From positions 4,973-68,972 of the IMG/VR virus record IMGVR_UViG_2915212873_000001: a DNA stretch of 64,000 bases, one strand, 5' to 3'. This document shows, in pieces, positions 1-7,605 of the stretch. A model generated the notes under the pieces. The model saw only the letters and a list, made by a program, of their open reading frames with translations. It did not search any database and was not told the origin of the DNA. The position numbers and the translations under genes were made by a program. The stretch comes from a virus. Numbering within the stretch: the first letter of the stretch is position 1; each line of letters begins with the position of its first letter.

Positions 1-972
1 GGCGCTTCGGTCGCGGATGCCGGACTCGTGCTGGCGCAGCCGTTGGTGGTAGCGGCTGCGGCCGTAGGCGCCGAGTGATATGTGGTTCGGCCAAACGATG
101 TAGCCGAGGAATGGCACGCCGGCGGCCACCGGTGCCAAGCGGATTTTCTTGGGATGCAGGGTCAGCCCGTCGCCGGCCAGCTTTTCGACGATGGCGGTGC
201 TCAACTCCAGCAACTGCGCGCGGGAGGATGCAAGGATGACGATGTCGTCGACGTAGCGGACGTATGCTTTCACGCGCAGGTCTTGCTTGATCCAGTGGTC
301 GAAGTCCGACAGGAAGACGTTCGCGAACAGCTGACTAGACAAATTGCCAATCGGCATTCCCTTATCCCGTGTCCGGCGGTACAGGCCATCAGCCGGAAAT
401 AGGGCATCGAACTGGTCGTCGGTGCGGAACGAGTCGATCAGGCCGACGATCAGGGCGCGCACGTCCTGGTCGCCGATGTAGCGCAGCGCTCGCGCCTTCA
501 GCAGGGAGTGATTCACCGAATAAAAGTACTTGGAGATATCTACCTGCAGCGCCCAACTGTTCGCCGGCGAGCGTGCGAACTGCGCCAAGCGGTCGACCGC
601 AGCATGCGTTCCGCGATTCGGCAGGTTGCCAAAGGTGTCGTGGATGAACCTTGGCTGCCAGATCGGCAGCAGGTACTGGTACAGCATCCAATGGACGATG
701 CGATCCTTCATTGGTGCATCGACCACGTGGCGGAATTTTTTCTCGCGCACGGTGAATGTTTTGTACGGCCCGAAGGTGTATTCGCGGGCGCGCAGCCGGC
801 GTTGGATCTCAACCAGGTGCCGGAGCGCGTCGTCGCCAAAGCGCTGCACGCGGAGGCTGGCTGACTTGCTGCGCTTCGCCTGGCGCCAGCACGCATAGAG
901 GTTGGGCAATGACGTCAGTTCGGCGAACTTCGCCGGCGCCGTGCCGCGTTCCGCTGCGGCACTCGTGAGCAC
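1..972 (-). CDS. DGR reverse transcriptase, 3' end outside the window (start uncertain; GTG at 972 is plausible, frame open up to an ATG at 1200)
   Basis: Manual translation: LPNLYACWRQAKRSK, KFRHVVDAPMKDRIVHW, LQVDISKYFYSV, KGMPIGNLSSQLFANVFL (GxxxSQ, DGR-type), RYVDD at 244-255, FLGY; no stop before base 1, hence absent from the ORF track. Confidence 0.97.
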   Translation of the reverse strand, partial: MLTSAAAERGTAPAKFAELTSLPNLYACWRQAKRSKSASLRVQRFGDDALRHLVEIQRRLRAREYTFGPYKTFTVREKKFRHVVDAPMKDRIVHWMLYQYLLPIWQPRFIHDTFGNLPNRGTHAAVDRLAQFARSPANSWALQVDISKYFYSVNHSLLKARALRYIGDQDVRALIVGLIDSFRTDDQFDALFPADGLYRRTRDKGMPIGNLSSQLFANVFLSDFDHWIKQDLRVKAYVRYVDDIVILASSRAQLLELSTAIVEKLAGDGLTLHPKKIRLAPVAAGVPFLGYIVWPNHISLGAYGRSRYHQRLRQHESGIRDRSA

Positions 973-1094
973 CGCAGCGGTCTTCGGTTTGGCAGATTGC
1001 CGCGCTTTCGGGATGATTATCCCAGGAGAGTCTCGACCAAGAATTGACCTTCCGTCGGCTAGCAGCCGAACGTCTAGGTATGAAATTTTTGGGT

Positions 1095-1209
1095 CAGCGG
1101 AGGCCCACGTTGTCGTTGGCGTTGTCCGGCCAGTCGTTGTCGAGATTGAACACGCCGGCGTTGTCCTCGGAGTTCCAGTAGCCGCCCCGGATGAGGGCAT
1201 TGCCAGCCC
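1095..1209 (-). repeat. DGR template repeat (TR)
   Basis: 115 bp gap-free match to 2191-2305; 24 adenines on the coding strand in 16 codons, 8 of them AAC/AAT; lies between the accessory gene and RT. Confidence 0.98.
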
Positions 1210-1238
1210 CTTCAGAGACTCCCCTTTGTCGAGATGGT

Positions 1239-2096
1239 TCATGCTTTTGCCTTCATGGAGCGCATGATGCCTCCGGTCAGACGCCCAAGCTCGACGGCTA
1301 AGCCAACTCGATGCTCAAACGCAAATTTGAGTTGGCTAAGCCCTGCGGCCTGAGTGAGGTAATGTTTCAGCAAATCAATGTCGGCCGAAATCGAGGTCAG
1401 AACTATCGGTTTGTTTGCGGCTTCGCCGAAGGCGTAGATCGCACGCATGATTCGCCCCATGCAGGCGCGCAGGTTTTCCCCGTACGTGGTGCGCAGGTCG
1501 CGGGGCATCTTGATAATGTCCGCCAGAAGGGCGTCGTCCAGCGCTTGCGCGTGAGACTTCAGTTTGAAGCCTGAGCTGTCGGGATTCGCAAGGATCTGCT
1601 TCGCGGCAGCCTGGCTCAGTTGCCCGCGAGTCCGCAGATCGTCGATCACCTGGTGAACGATATCGGCGCTGACGCTGGCCATCAGATTCGAGGTGCCGGC
1701 GTTTTGTTCGGAAACGTAGATTTTCTGATCCTCGCCCCGGGCGCCAAGCGCCACCACATAAGGCATGCCGAATTCCTGCACCATAGGCCAAAGGCGCTTC
1801 TGGAAATTCTTGATCGGGAAGCCGACACGAATATGCGGCTGGTCCGTCGTGCCAACCAACTGCAGTTTGTAGCTCTTGAGCGTTGCCAGCACGTGCGCGG
1901 TGCGATCGAAGCCGTGCAGGAAGCCGCCAGCCTGGATCAGGATGAGGTGATCGCGATATTGCTGCTCCAGTTTCGCGGCTTGGACGGCACCAGCGTCTGC
2001 TGCGCCCAGCCCGATGTCGACCCCGCGCATTGCGCGAATCGCAAATTGGTCCCGCTCGGCTGCCGTCGGGTTTTGTGACTTGTACTCTTGCATCAT
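1239..2096 (-). CDS. avd: DGR accessory protein: N-terminal MutS-I-like domain fused to a C-terminal Avd four-helix bundle
   Basis: C-terminal ~110 aa (KMPRDLRTTYGENLR...IDLLKHYL...ELGRLTGG) fits Avd and its position before TR; QQYRDHLILIQAGGFLHGFDRTAHVL...RVGFP resembles MutS domain I; start taken at ATG 2096. Confidence 0.8.
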   Translation of the reverse strand: MMQEYKSQNPTAAERDQFAIRAMRGVDIGLGAADAGAVQAAKLEQQYRDHLILIQAGGFLHGFDRTAHVLATLKSYKLQLVGTTDQPHIRVGFPIKNFQKRLWPMVQEFGMPYVVALGARGEDQKIYVSEQNAGTSNLMASVSADIVHQVIDDLRTRGQLSQAAAKQILANPDSSGFKLKSHAQALDDALLADIIKMPRDLRTTYGENLRACMGRIMRAIYAFGEAANKPIVLTSISADIDLLKHYLTQAAGLSQLKFAFEHRVGLAVELGRLTGGIMRSMKAKA

Positions 2097-2124
2097 CGTT
2101 CTCGTTTCAGTTGAGGGGGGGGTA

Positions 2125-2149
2125 CCGACCACCGCTGCGCAGTGATCGG
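2125..2149 (-). promoter_or_regulatory. Candidate DGR target-recognition hairpin downstream of VR
   Basis: CCGACCAC...GTGATCGG imperfect inverted repeat about 25 bp past the target stop codon, where characterised DGRs have a hairpin/cruciform. Confidence 0.5.
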
Positions 2150-2174
2150 AAACCAGTGACCAGTGACCAGAGTC

Positions 2175-2906
2175 CTATTCGGGCTTGGTGCAGCGGAGGC
2201 CCACGTAGGCGACGGCGTAGTCCGGCCAGCCGAGGTCGAGACGGAACACGCCGGCGCAGTCCCCGGAGTCCCAGCAGCCGCCCCGGAGGAGGGCATCGCC
2301 AGCCCAGTCACTGCCAACACGTGGTTGCCAGCCGGCGCCCTTGGTCATGGACGGTGCGACCGCACTGGTGATCGATGGCGAGTCGGCGGTGAAGGCGGAG
2401 GTCACCAGACCTTGCTCGTCGCCCTGTACGTCGTCGAAGATCCAGGTGAATGCGTTGCCGGATGCGTCGCAAATGCGCTCGCCGTTCGACAGGGTGAACC
2501 AACGGTCCTCGTCGGCATCCGATGACACGTAGGTGCCGGCCAGAGCCGATTCGACGGACCATTTCCGCAGACCTTGTTTCAGCTTTCCTTCGCCGACCAC
2601 GCCGCTGGTCCAGTTGGCGGCCACGCTGGCGATATCCAATGCCAGCGACAGGTATTGCGATTCGGTGATCAGCGCCAGGCCGGCGGCCTTGCTGGCGGTT
2701 ACGGCGTCGTGGTAGTTGATCTCGACCAGCGGCGCGCGATCAGCTACGGCCATCAACTCGCCCGCATCGTTGCGCGAGGTCAGGTACTGGCCCACAAGGA
2801 ACGACGGCACGATTCGGCCACCCGGCAGGGTGCGCTCCGGCACACGTACGAAGATCGATTCCGTCGCCTGAATGGCGGTGGCTTCTGTTGCGGTGATTGC
2901 GTTCAT
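2175..2906 (-). CDS. DGR target protein, FGE-sulfatase/C-type lectin fold, with VR at the C-terminus
   Basis: FLVGQY...INYHDA...LITESQY...GNAFTW...ALLRGGCW...AGVF...VGLRC pattern typical of CLec/FGE DGR targets; AGGAG RBS; no signal peptide seen. Confidence 0.92.
   Translation of the reverse strand: MNAITATEATAIQATESIFVRVPERTLPGGRIVPSFLVGQYLTSRNDAGELMAVADRAPLVEINYHDAVTASKAAGLALITESQYLSLALDIASVAANWTSGVVGEGKLKQGLRKWSVESALAGTYVSSDADEDRWFTLSNGERICDASGNAFTWIFDDVQGDEQGLVTSAFTADSPSITSAVAPSMTKGAGWQPRVGSDWAGDALLRGGCWDSGDCAGVFRLDLGWPDYAVAYVGLRCTKPE
2191..2305 (-). repeat. DGR variable repeat (VR)
   Basis: 17 mismatches to TR, all at TR adenines; 13 codons changed. Confidence 0.98.
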
Positions 2907-2951
2907 GAGACTCCTTTAGTTGTTAAAGTTGTACTTCTTGGTGGTGAAATT

Positions 2952-3497
2952 TCAGTGTTGTGGCGCACCGTGGTATGCCATCAGCTGGTGATAGCGGTCC
3001 ATGAAATAGCTGTACGCTTCGACCGGTTGCATTGGCACGATCACCTGCGCCAGCGGCTCGACGCCCGGCCATTCCTGATAGTGATGCGGTGGCATCAGGT
3101 CGCGCTTCTCCGTCGCCAGCAAGATCAGATCGGCAGCTTTGATCGCCGGGTCCAGCGGCAGGGTGATGCCGAAGCGCCCGAGGATCGCGGCCTCAATGGC
3201 CTGCTCCAGCACCTGGTAGTCCGGCAGCAACCGCTTGAGCGGCTTCGGCAAGTCCTTCATCACTGCTTCGGAGCAGTCGTGCAGCAGGCCGACCATGGCC
3301 AGCTCTGGCGGGACGATCAAGCTGACCAGCACCGAGTGCTGAGCCACGCTGTAGAAGCTAAGCGTCTGGCCGTTGAATCGCGCCTCGTTGGCCAGGCCGC
3401 TTGCGATGTCCTCGATGGTGATAATCGAGGTCTCCGGCGACAGGAAATTGAAGAAGTTCCCGGAGCGCAGCAAGATGTCGGGGCGGTGGGCGCTCAT
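2952..3497 (-). CDS. HD-domain phosphohydrolase (YfbR/YfdR-like nucleotidase)
   Basis: [27 protein letters not shown] and LLHDCSEA motifs. Confidence 0.88.
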   Translation of the reverse strand: MSAHRPDILLRSGNFFNFLSPETSIITIEDIASGLANEARFNGQTLSFYSVAQHSVLVSLIVPPELAMVGLLHDCSEAVMKDLPKPLKRLLPDYQVLEQAIEAAILGRFGITLPLDPAIKAADLILLATEKRDLMPPHHYQEWPGVEPLAQVIVPMQPVEAYSYFMDRYHQLMAYHGAPQH

Positions 3498-4720
3498 GCT
3501 GCACCGCCTTGCGCCAGCAGCGCACGGTCACCGTTCGACGCCGCTGCACTGACCACGCCGGCGGCCTCCATCGCATTCATCAGATGGGCTGCGCGGTTGT
3601 AGCCGATGCGCAGGTGGCGCTGGAGCAGCGATACAGACGCGCGCCGATTGGTGCGCACCACGGTCACTGCCTGCTGGTAAAGCGGATCGCTGGCGGTGCC
3701 GTCGCCGGGCGGAACTTCGCCGGCCGCGCCGACCACGCGCTGCGCGCGCACCGGCTCGTCGCCCTTAGCAGGTGATGCAGGTGATGCAGGTGCGGCAGCG
3801 TCAGCTTCCGCCGGCGTGCCGTCCGCGCGCGCCTCGCCGCCCAGCGCCTCCACCAGATCACCCAGCAGCTTGGCCAGCTCGCCGGTCATCAGCATGAAGT
3901 CGCCGTCGAAGCGCTCGCCGTCGTTGCGGCTGGTGACTTCCTTCTCTGTCAGAACGTCCAGCGGCTTGACCGACTTGACGGCCAGGCTCTCGTCCAGCAC
4001 GAAGCTGATCTTGCTATCCCAGGTCATGGCCAGCCGCGTGCACTGCTTGCCGTTCTCGATGTGACGGCGCACGTCGGCCGGGTCCAGCGTGTGCTTCTTG
4101 TAGGCCACCTGGGCTTTACTCTCGCCGGTGGCGCGCAGCGTGGCGTCCTGGTCGACTGTGAAGCCGGCCGGTGCTTCGTCGGTTTGCAGCCATTCGGTCA
4201 TCACGCCCACCGGCGAGCGCTGCACGCGCAGGCTTTCCAGCGGCATGCGGTCGACCGCCTTCAGCAGCAGCTTGATGACTTCATCGGCCTTGGCAGGGGA
4301 AGCGGCATCCACTACTAGCCAGCCGTTGACCGGGTCGATCCACGTCCAGGTGTTCGATTCGATCGTGAATGCTCGCGGCAGCAGCTCGTCGGTGACGCGC
4401 TCCTTCAATTCCTTCATCGCCTTCTTGCCGGGCGCGAAGCCTTGCTGCTCTTCCAGTTCGGCGGCGCGCGCCTTCGTCACCTGGTTGATGACGGTGGCCG
4501 GCAGCAGCTTCTTTTCGCCGCGCAGGCGGATCAGCATCTGCTTGTTGACGGTGTGCACCAGGCCTCCATCCTTGCGCGGCGCGTCCCAGCCCTGGCGGAT
4601 CAGCTCGTTGCTGCTGGCCGGCGCGAACGTGTAGCTGGCCAGCTGTTTGGCCAGGTGCTCGGCGGTCATGGTGAATCCCGGAATGCGATAAATTTGAAGG
4701 TTTTTGAAGAACATGCTCAT
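3494..4720 (-). CDS. rdgC: Recombination-associated protein RdgC with a C-terminal FtsK-gamma-like winged helix
   Basis: [10 protein letters not shown] start, [28 protein letters not shown]; C-terminal DPLYQQAV...[21 protein letters not shown]. Confidence 0.92.
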   Translation of the reverse strand: MSMFFKNLQIYRIPGFTMTAEHLAKQLASYTFAPASSNELIRQGWDAPRKDGGLVHTVNKQMLIRLRGEKKLLPATVINQVTKARAAELEEQQGFAPGKKAMKELKERVTDELLPRAFTIESNTWTWIDPVNGWLVVDAASPAKADEVIKLLLKAVDRMPLESLRVQRSPVGVMTEWLQTDEAPAGFTVDQDATLRATGESKAQVAYKKHTLDPADVRRHIENGKQCTRLAMTWDSKISFVLDESLAVKSVKPLDVLTEKEVTSRNDGERFDGDFMLMTGELAKLLGDLVEALGGEARADGTPAEADAAAPASPASPAKGDEPVRAQRVVGAAGEVPPGDGTASDPLYQQAVTVVRTNRRASVSLLQRHLRIGYNRAAHLMNAMEAAGVVSAAASNGDRALLAQGGAA

Positions 4721-5319
4721 TTCCCTAACTTTTCGAATGCGGCTTCAACGCCGTGTTTTTGGATTTGTCGGTTCAGGCGCTCTGCTGTAACGCCGAGCTG
4801 ATCGGCCCAATCTTTGCGGCACATGGTTTTTCCTCTGTGGGTAATTTGATGATTGCTGCGCCGGTTTCGGCATTGCTCCGCGTTCGTCGCCCACTTACAG
4901 TTGTCCGGCCCATAACCTTTGCTGTTGTCGATTCTTTCCAGTGACATGCCAGCCGGACGCTCACCCATGTCAGCCAGGAACACTTCGAAAGAGTCCCATT
5001 CTTTGCATACCGTAATGCCGCGAGCTCCATATCCGGCATAACCCGAAGAGCCCGGCTTGCCGCAGCGCGCCCGCATTGTTTTCCAGATGACATGCGTACT
5101 AGTGCCCGACATGCCATGAGTTGCACGCTCACGCGCCTTGTCTGCTGCATGACAGCCGCAGGACTTCACTTGACCGGATTTCAAATGACTACCCCTAACA
5201 AAGGTCGTTTGCCCGCAATCACATTTGCATGTCCAAACGATTTTCCCGGAGGTGCTTCTTGCCATCTCGCCGACTGCAAGTCGGCCGAATCGTTGGCCCT
5301 CGAGTTTGTCGGCAATCAT
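4717..5319 (-). CDS. HNH-type homing endonuclease-like protein
   Basis: [49 protein letters not shown]. Confidence 0.8.
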   Translation of the reverse strand: MIADKLEGQRFGRLAVGEMARSTSGKIVWTCKCDCGQTTFVRGSHLKSGQVKSCGCHAADKARERATHGMSGTSTHVIWKTMRARCGKPGSSGYAGYGARGITVCKEWDSFEVFLADMGERPAGMSLERIDNSKGYGPDNCKWATNAEQCRNRRSNHQITHRGKTMCRKDWADQLGVTAERLNRQIQKHGVEAAFEKLGK

Positions 5320-5783
5320 TGCGGCCCTCGTATTGGTGGTTCGTGAAACTCGACGCCCATCTGGCCGCCGAATGCGTGTATCTGTTCCATGTACTGGGCG
5401 AAGCCCTTGACCGTTAGGTCGGTGGTGCTACCTACCAGCACCGCCTGGCCGCCCGGGTCGAAGTCCCACTTCCTGTACTGCTCGTCCTTGCACAGATCCG
5501 GGTCGAATTCATCTGGCAGGAACTGCTGCTTGAAGTACTCGTGCCACACCTCGGCGCTGTACTGCCGCCTGTCGCTCCACACCTGCTCCGAGATGTCTTT
5601 CAGCGGGCCCGCCCACATGCGGGCGTTCTGATCCAGCTTCCGCACCTTTACTTCTTCGCGTACCAACACTTCCAGCGGACGCTCGGCGTCCAGCGGCACG
5701 TTGCGGAGCAGGGCGATGGCGCGGTCGACCTGCTCCTGGCCGCGCAGCAGCAACTTGCGCTGCTCGAACTTCGGGCGGGTCAA
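5316..5783 (-). CDS. ninB: NinB/Orf-family recombination protein
   Basis: RKLDQNARMW...WHEYFKQQFL...STTDLTVKGFAQYMEQIHAFG; TTG start overlaps the upstream TGA. Confidence 0.8.
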   Translation of the reverse strand: MTRPKFEQRKLLLRGQEQVDRAIALLRNVPLDAERPLEVLVREEVKVRKLDQNARMWAGPLKDISEQVWSDRRQYSAEVWHEYFKQQFLPDEFDPDLCKDEQYRKWDFDPGGQAVLVGSTTDLTVKGFAQYMEQIHAFGGQMGVEFHEPPIRGPQ

Positions 5784-6916
5784 GGCGGCGTCTCCACCGC
5801 CAGCGCTGCTACCTTGGTGGTTACCGTCTGCGAATTCAACGCGATCACCTTGTTCGGGGCGCGATCCCAGCCAGCCACCTCGTCGGCAGTGAATTTTCCG
5901 GCCTGCGAAAGGTCGCTCGTATAGCCGCACGCGCCCACGCGGTGATAGAGTTCGTGGCCGGTGTGGTAGATCGCGAACAGCGCCGGATTGCCTGGAAACA
6001 GGATGTCGCGCAGAGCGCCGGCGCGCTCGAAGTTCAATGCCTTGATCGCCTTAGCCATTTCACCTTCCAAGCGGCTGCGGCGCTGTCGAGCATTCCGCTT
6101 AACCCTTGGATCGCCCGGGCACTCGCTGTACAGCTCCTTGTGGTACGCCCACTCAATTCCATGCGTCCCAGTTACCACCATCCAGCGGCCATTCAAGCTG
6201 TAATACGCGGAGCCGTACACCACCCGCCCGGCACTTGTGATCGCATAGACCTTGGAGCCGTCTTCGATGGCGACGCCGTCACCGGTGAAGCCATCCTCTG
6301 GGCTGTTAAAGGAAGCACGGCCGAGGCGCTCCACGTAATGACCGGAGGTGCGTTGGCTATGCTTCGCATATTCCAGCGCAGTGGCGCCATCAATCCCTAG
6401 CTTTGGACTGGATGGTTTAAACGTGTAGCCGCTCAGGACATTGAGAAGGTAAGTGCGAATCCGACGCCGTGCCCGCTCCATTTCGAGCCACATCACGTAT
6501 GGCATATGTTTTTCTTTATCGTGTTGGTAACGGCCGCCGTTATCAGGTCGGTCTGGGGCATTCACGTTTTGGAAGAAATCCAGTTGAATGCACCGCCCCG
6601 AAATATTTAGATCTGCGTGCAGATCACCCTTCTGGCAAAGCCGTTTCGACTCAGCGGACCAGCGGGCCACATTGCCGCCGTAGTGCTTGACGTCGTGCTC
6701 GCACACCTCGGGCATCGCGCAGATCCAGCCAAGGCGATTGAGCGTCTGGACAATGCGTGCGAACACTTCGCGCTTGAATGCGCGGCACCAACGCTTTTCC
6801 TCCGGGTAGCCGCCAGCTGCCCGCGCGGCCGATATGCCTTCCTCGTAAATGTTGAGGCTGGCGTCGCCGAAGGTGATGGTTCCGGCGCGGTCAATGCGCC
6901 CGATTGTCATGCTCAT
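5780..6916 (-). CDS. Hypothetical phage protein (378 aa)
   Basis: Long ORF coupled to both neighbours in the leftward operon. Confidence 0.75.
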   Translation of the reverse strand: MSMTIGRIDRAGTITFGDASLNIYEEGISAARAAGGYPEEKRWCRAFKREVFARIVQTLNRLGWICAMPEVCEHDVKHYGGNVARWSAESKRLCQKGDLHADLNISGRCIQLDFFQNVNAPDRPDNGGRYQHDKEKHMPYVMWLEMERARRRIRTYLLNVLSGYTFKPSSPKLGIDGATALEYAKHSQRTSGHYVERLGRASFNSPEDGFTGDGVAIEDGSKVYAITSAGRVVYGSAYYSLNGRWMVVTGTHGIEWAYHKELYSECPGDPRVKRNARQRRSRLEGEMAKAIKALNFERAGALRDILFPGNPALFAIYHTGHELYHRVGACGYTSDLSQAGKFTADEVAGWDRAPNKVIALNSQTVTTKVAALAVETPP

Positions 6917-7584
6917 GCCGCGCCGCCCAGGTCGACCACGCTGATGACGATGCCACGGCAGTACACGATGCCGTCTTCCATGATGTCGAAGGTGGCGTGC
7001 GGTACAGTCGTGCGGTAGATGGGGCCGACATCGGCGCCGCCGTCTAGCAGTTCCACCGACACATTGGCGATAACTACGGTGCTCTCGCCAAGCTGCCTGA
7101 AATAATCGGGGATGGCGCCGCGCAACTTCAACGGGTAACCGCCAGCGCCGAAGATCACCACCAGGCCCGCCGCCTTGGCATGCGCCCGCTCCTCGGCCGT
7201 GAGGTCGAACGGAGTTGAGCGGCCGTTCAGCGCCACGGCCAGCAGTTCCTTGGTCAGCGCCGGCGCGGCGACCGATTCGGCCGGCGTATTGACGACCGGC
7301 TGCGGCGCAGTGTGGTTGAACTGCGTCTGGTCGACCTTCGTGTAAGGGAACTGAGCGTCAAATTTCTTGATGCGCTGGATGAAGAAGGAGCCCTGAGAAT
7401 CGGCGCCCAGGAATTCAGCGAACATCTCGGCGCTGACGTTTTGGTAGTGATAGATGTCGCTTTCGCCGGTCTTCTTCTTCGGGTGGAACTTGATCGCCAG
7501 CAGGCTCAGCTCCGGCACATGGCCGATGGCCGCGAACTGGCTGGATTCGACCTGCTGCATGACGATGGTAGGGGTGGCGCTCAT
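6913..7584 (-). CDS. KTSC-domain protein with C-terminal extension
   Basis: VESSQFAAIGH...YHYQNVSAEMFAEFLGADSQGSFF. Confidence 0.8.
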   Translation of the reverse strand: MSATPTIVMQQVESSQFAAIGHVPELSLLAIKFHPKKKTGESDIYHYQNVSAEMFAEFLGADSQGSFFIQRIKKFDAQFPYTKVDQTQFNHTAPQPVVNTPAESVAAPALTKELLAVALNGRSTPFDLTAEERAHAKAAGLVVIFGAGGYPLKLRGAIPDYFRQLGESTVVIANVSVELLDGGADVGPIYRTTVPHATFDIMEDGIVYCRGIVISVVDLGGAA

Positions 7585-7605
7585 GGGTTTCTCCGTGGTT
7601 GGTGG

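Noticed and set aside
82-968. Short + and - strand ORFs listed over 82-968
   Set aside because: They are shadows of the minus-strand RT frame, which carries all the RT motifs.
1-972. Group II intron, retron or Abi-type RT
   Set aside because: The short RT with GxxxSQ, the adjacent TR, Avd and adenine-specific VR identify a DGR; no maturase or endonuclease domain or msr-msd was seen.
3780-3792. Short GGTGATGCA tandem repeat in rdgC
   Set aside because: It encodes the in-frame ASPASP linker; no sign of phase variation.
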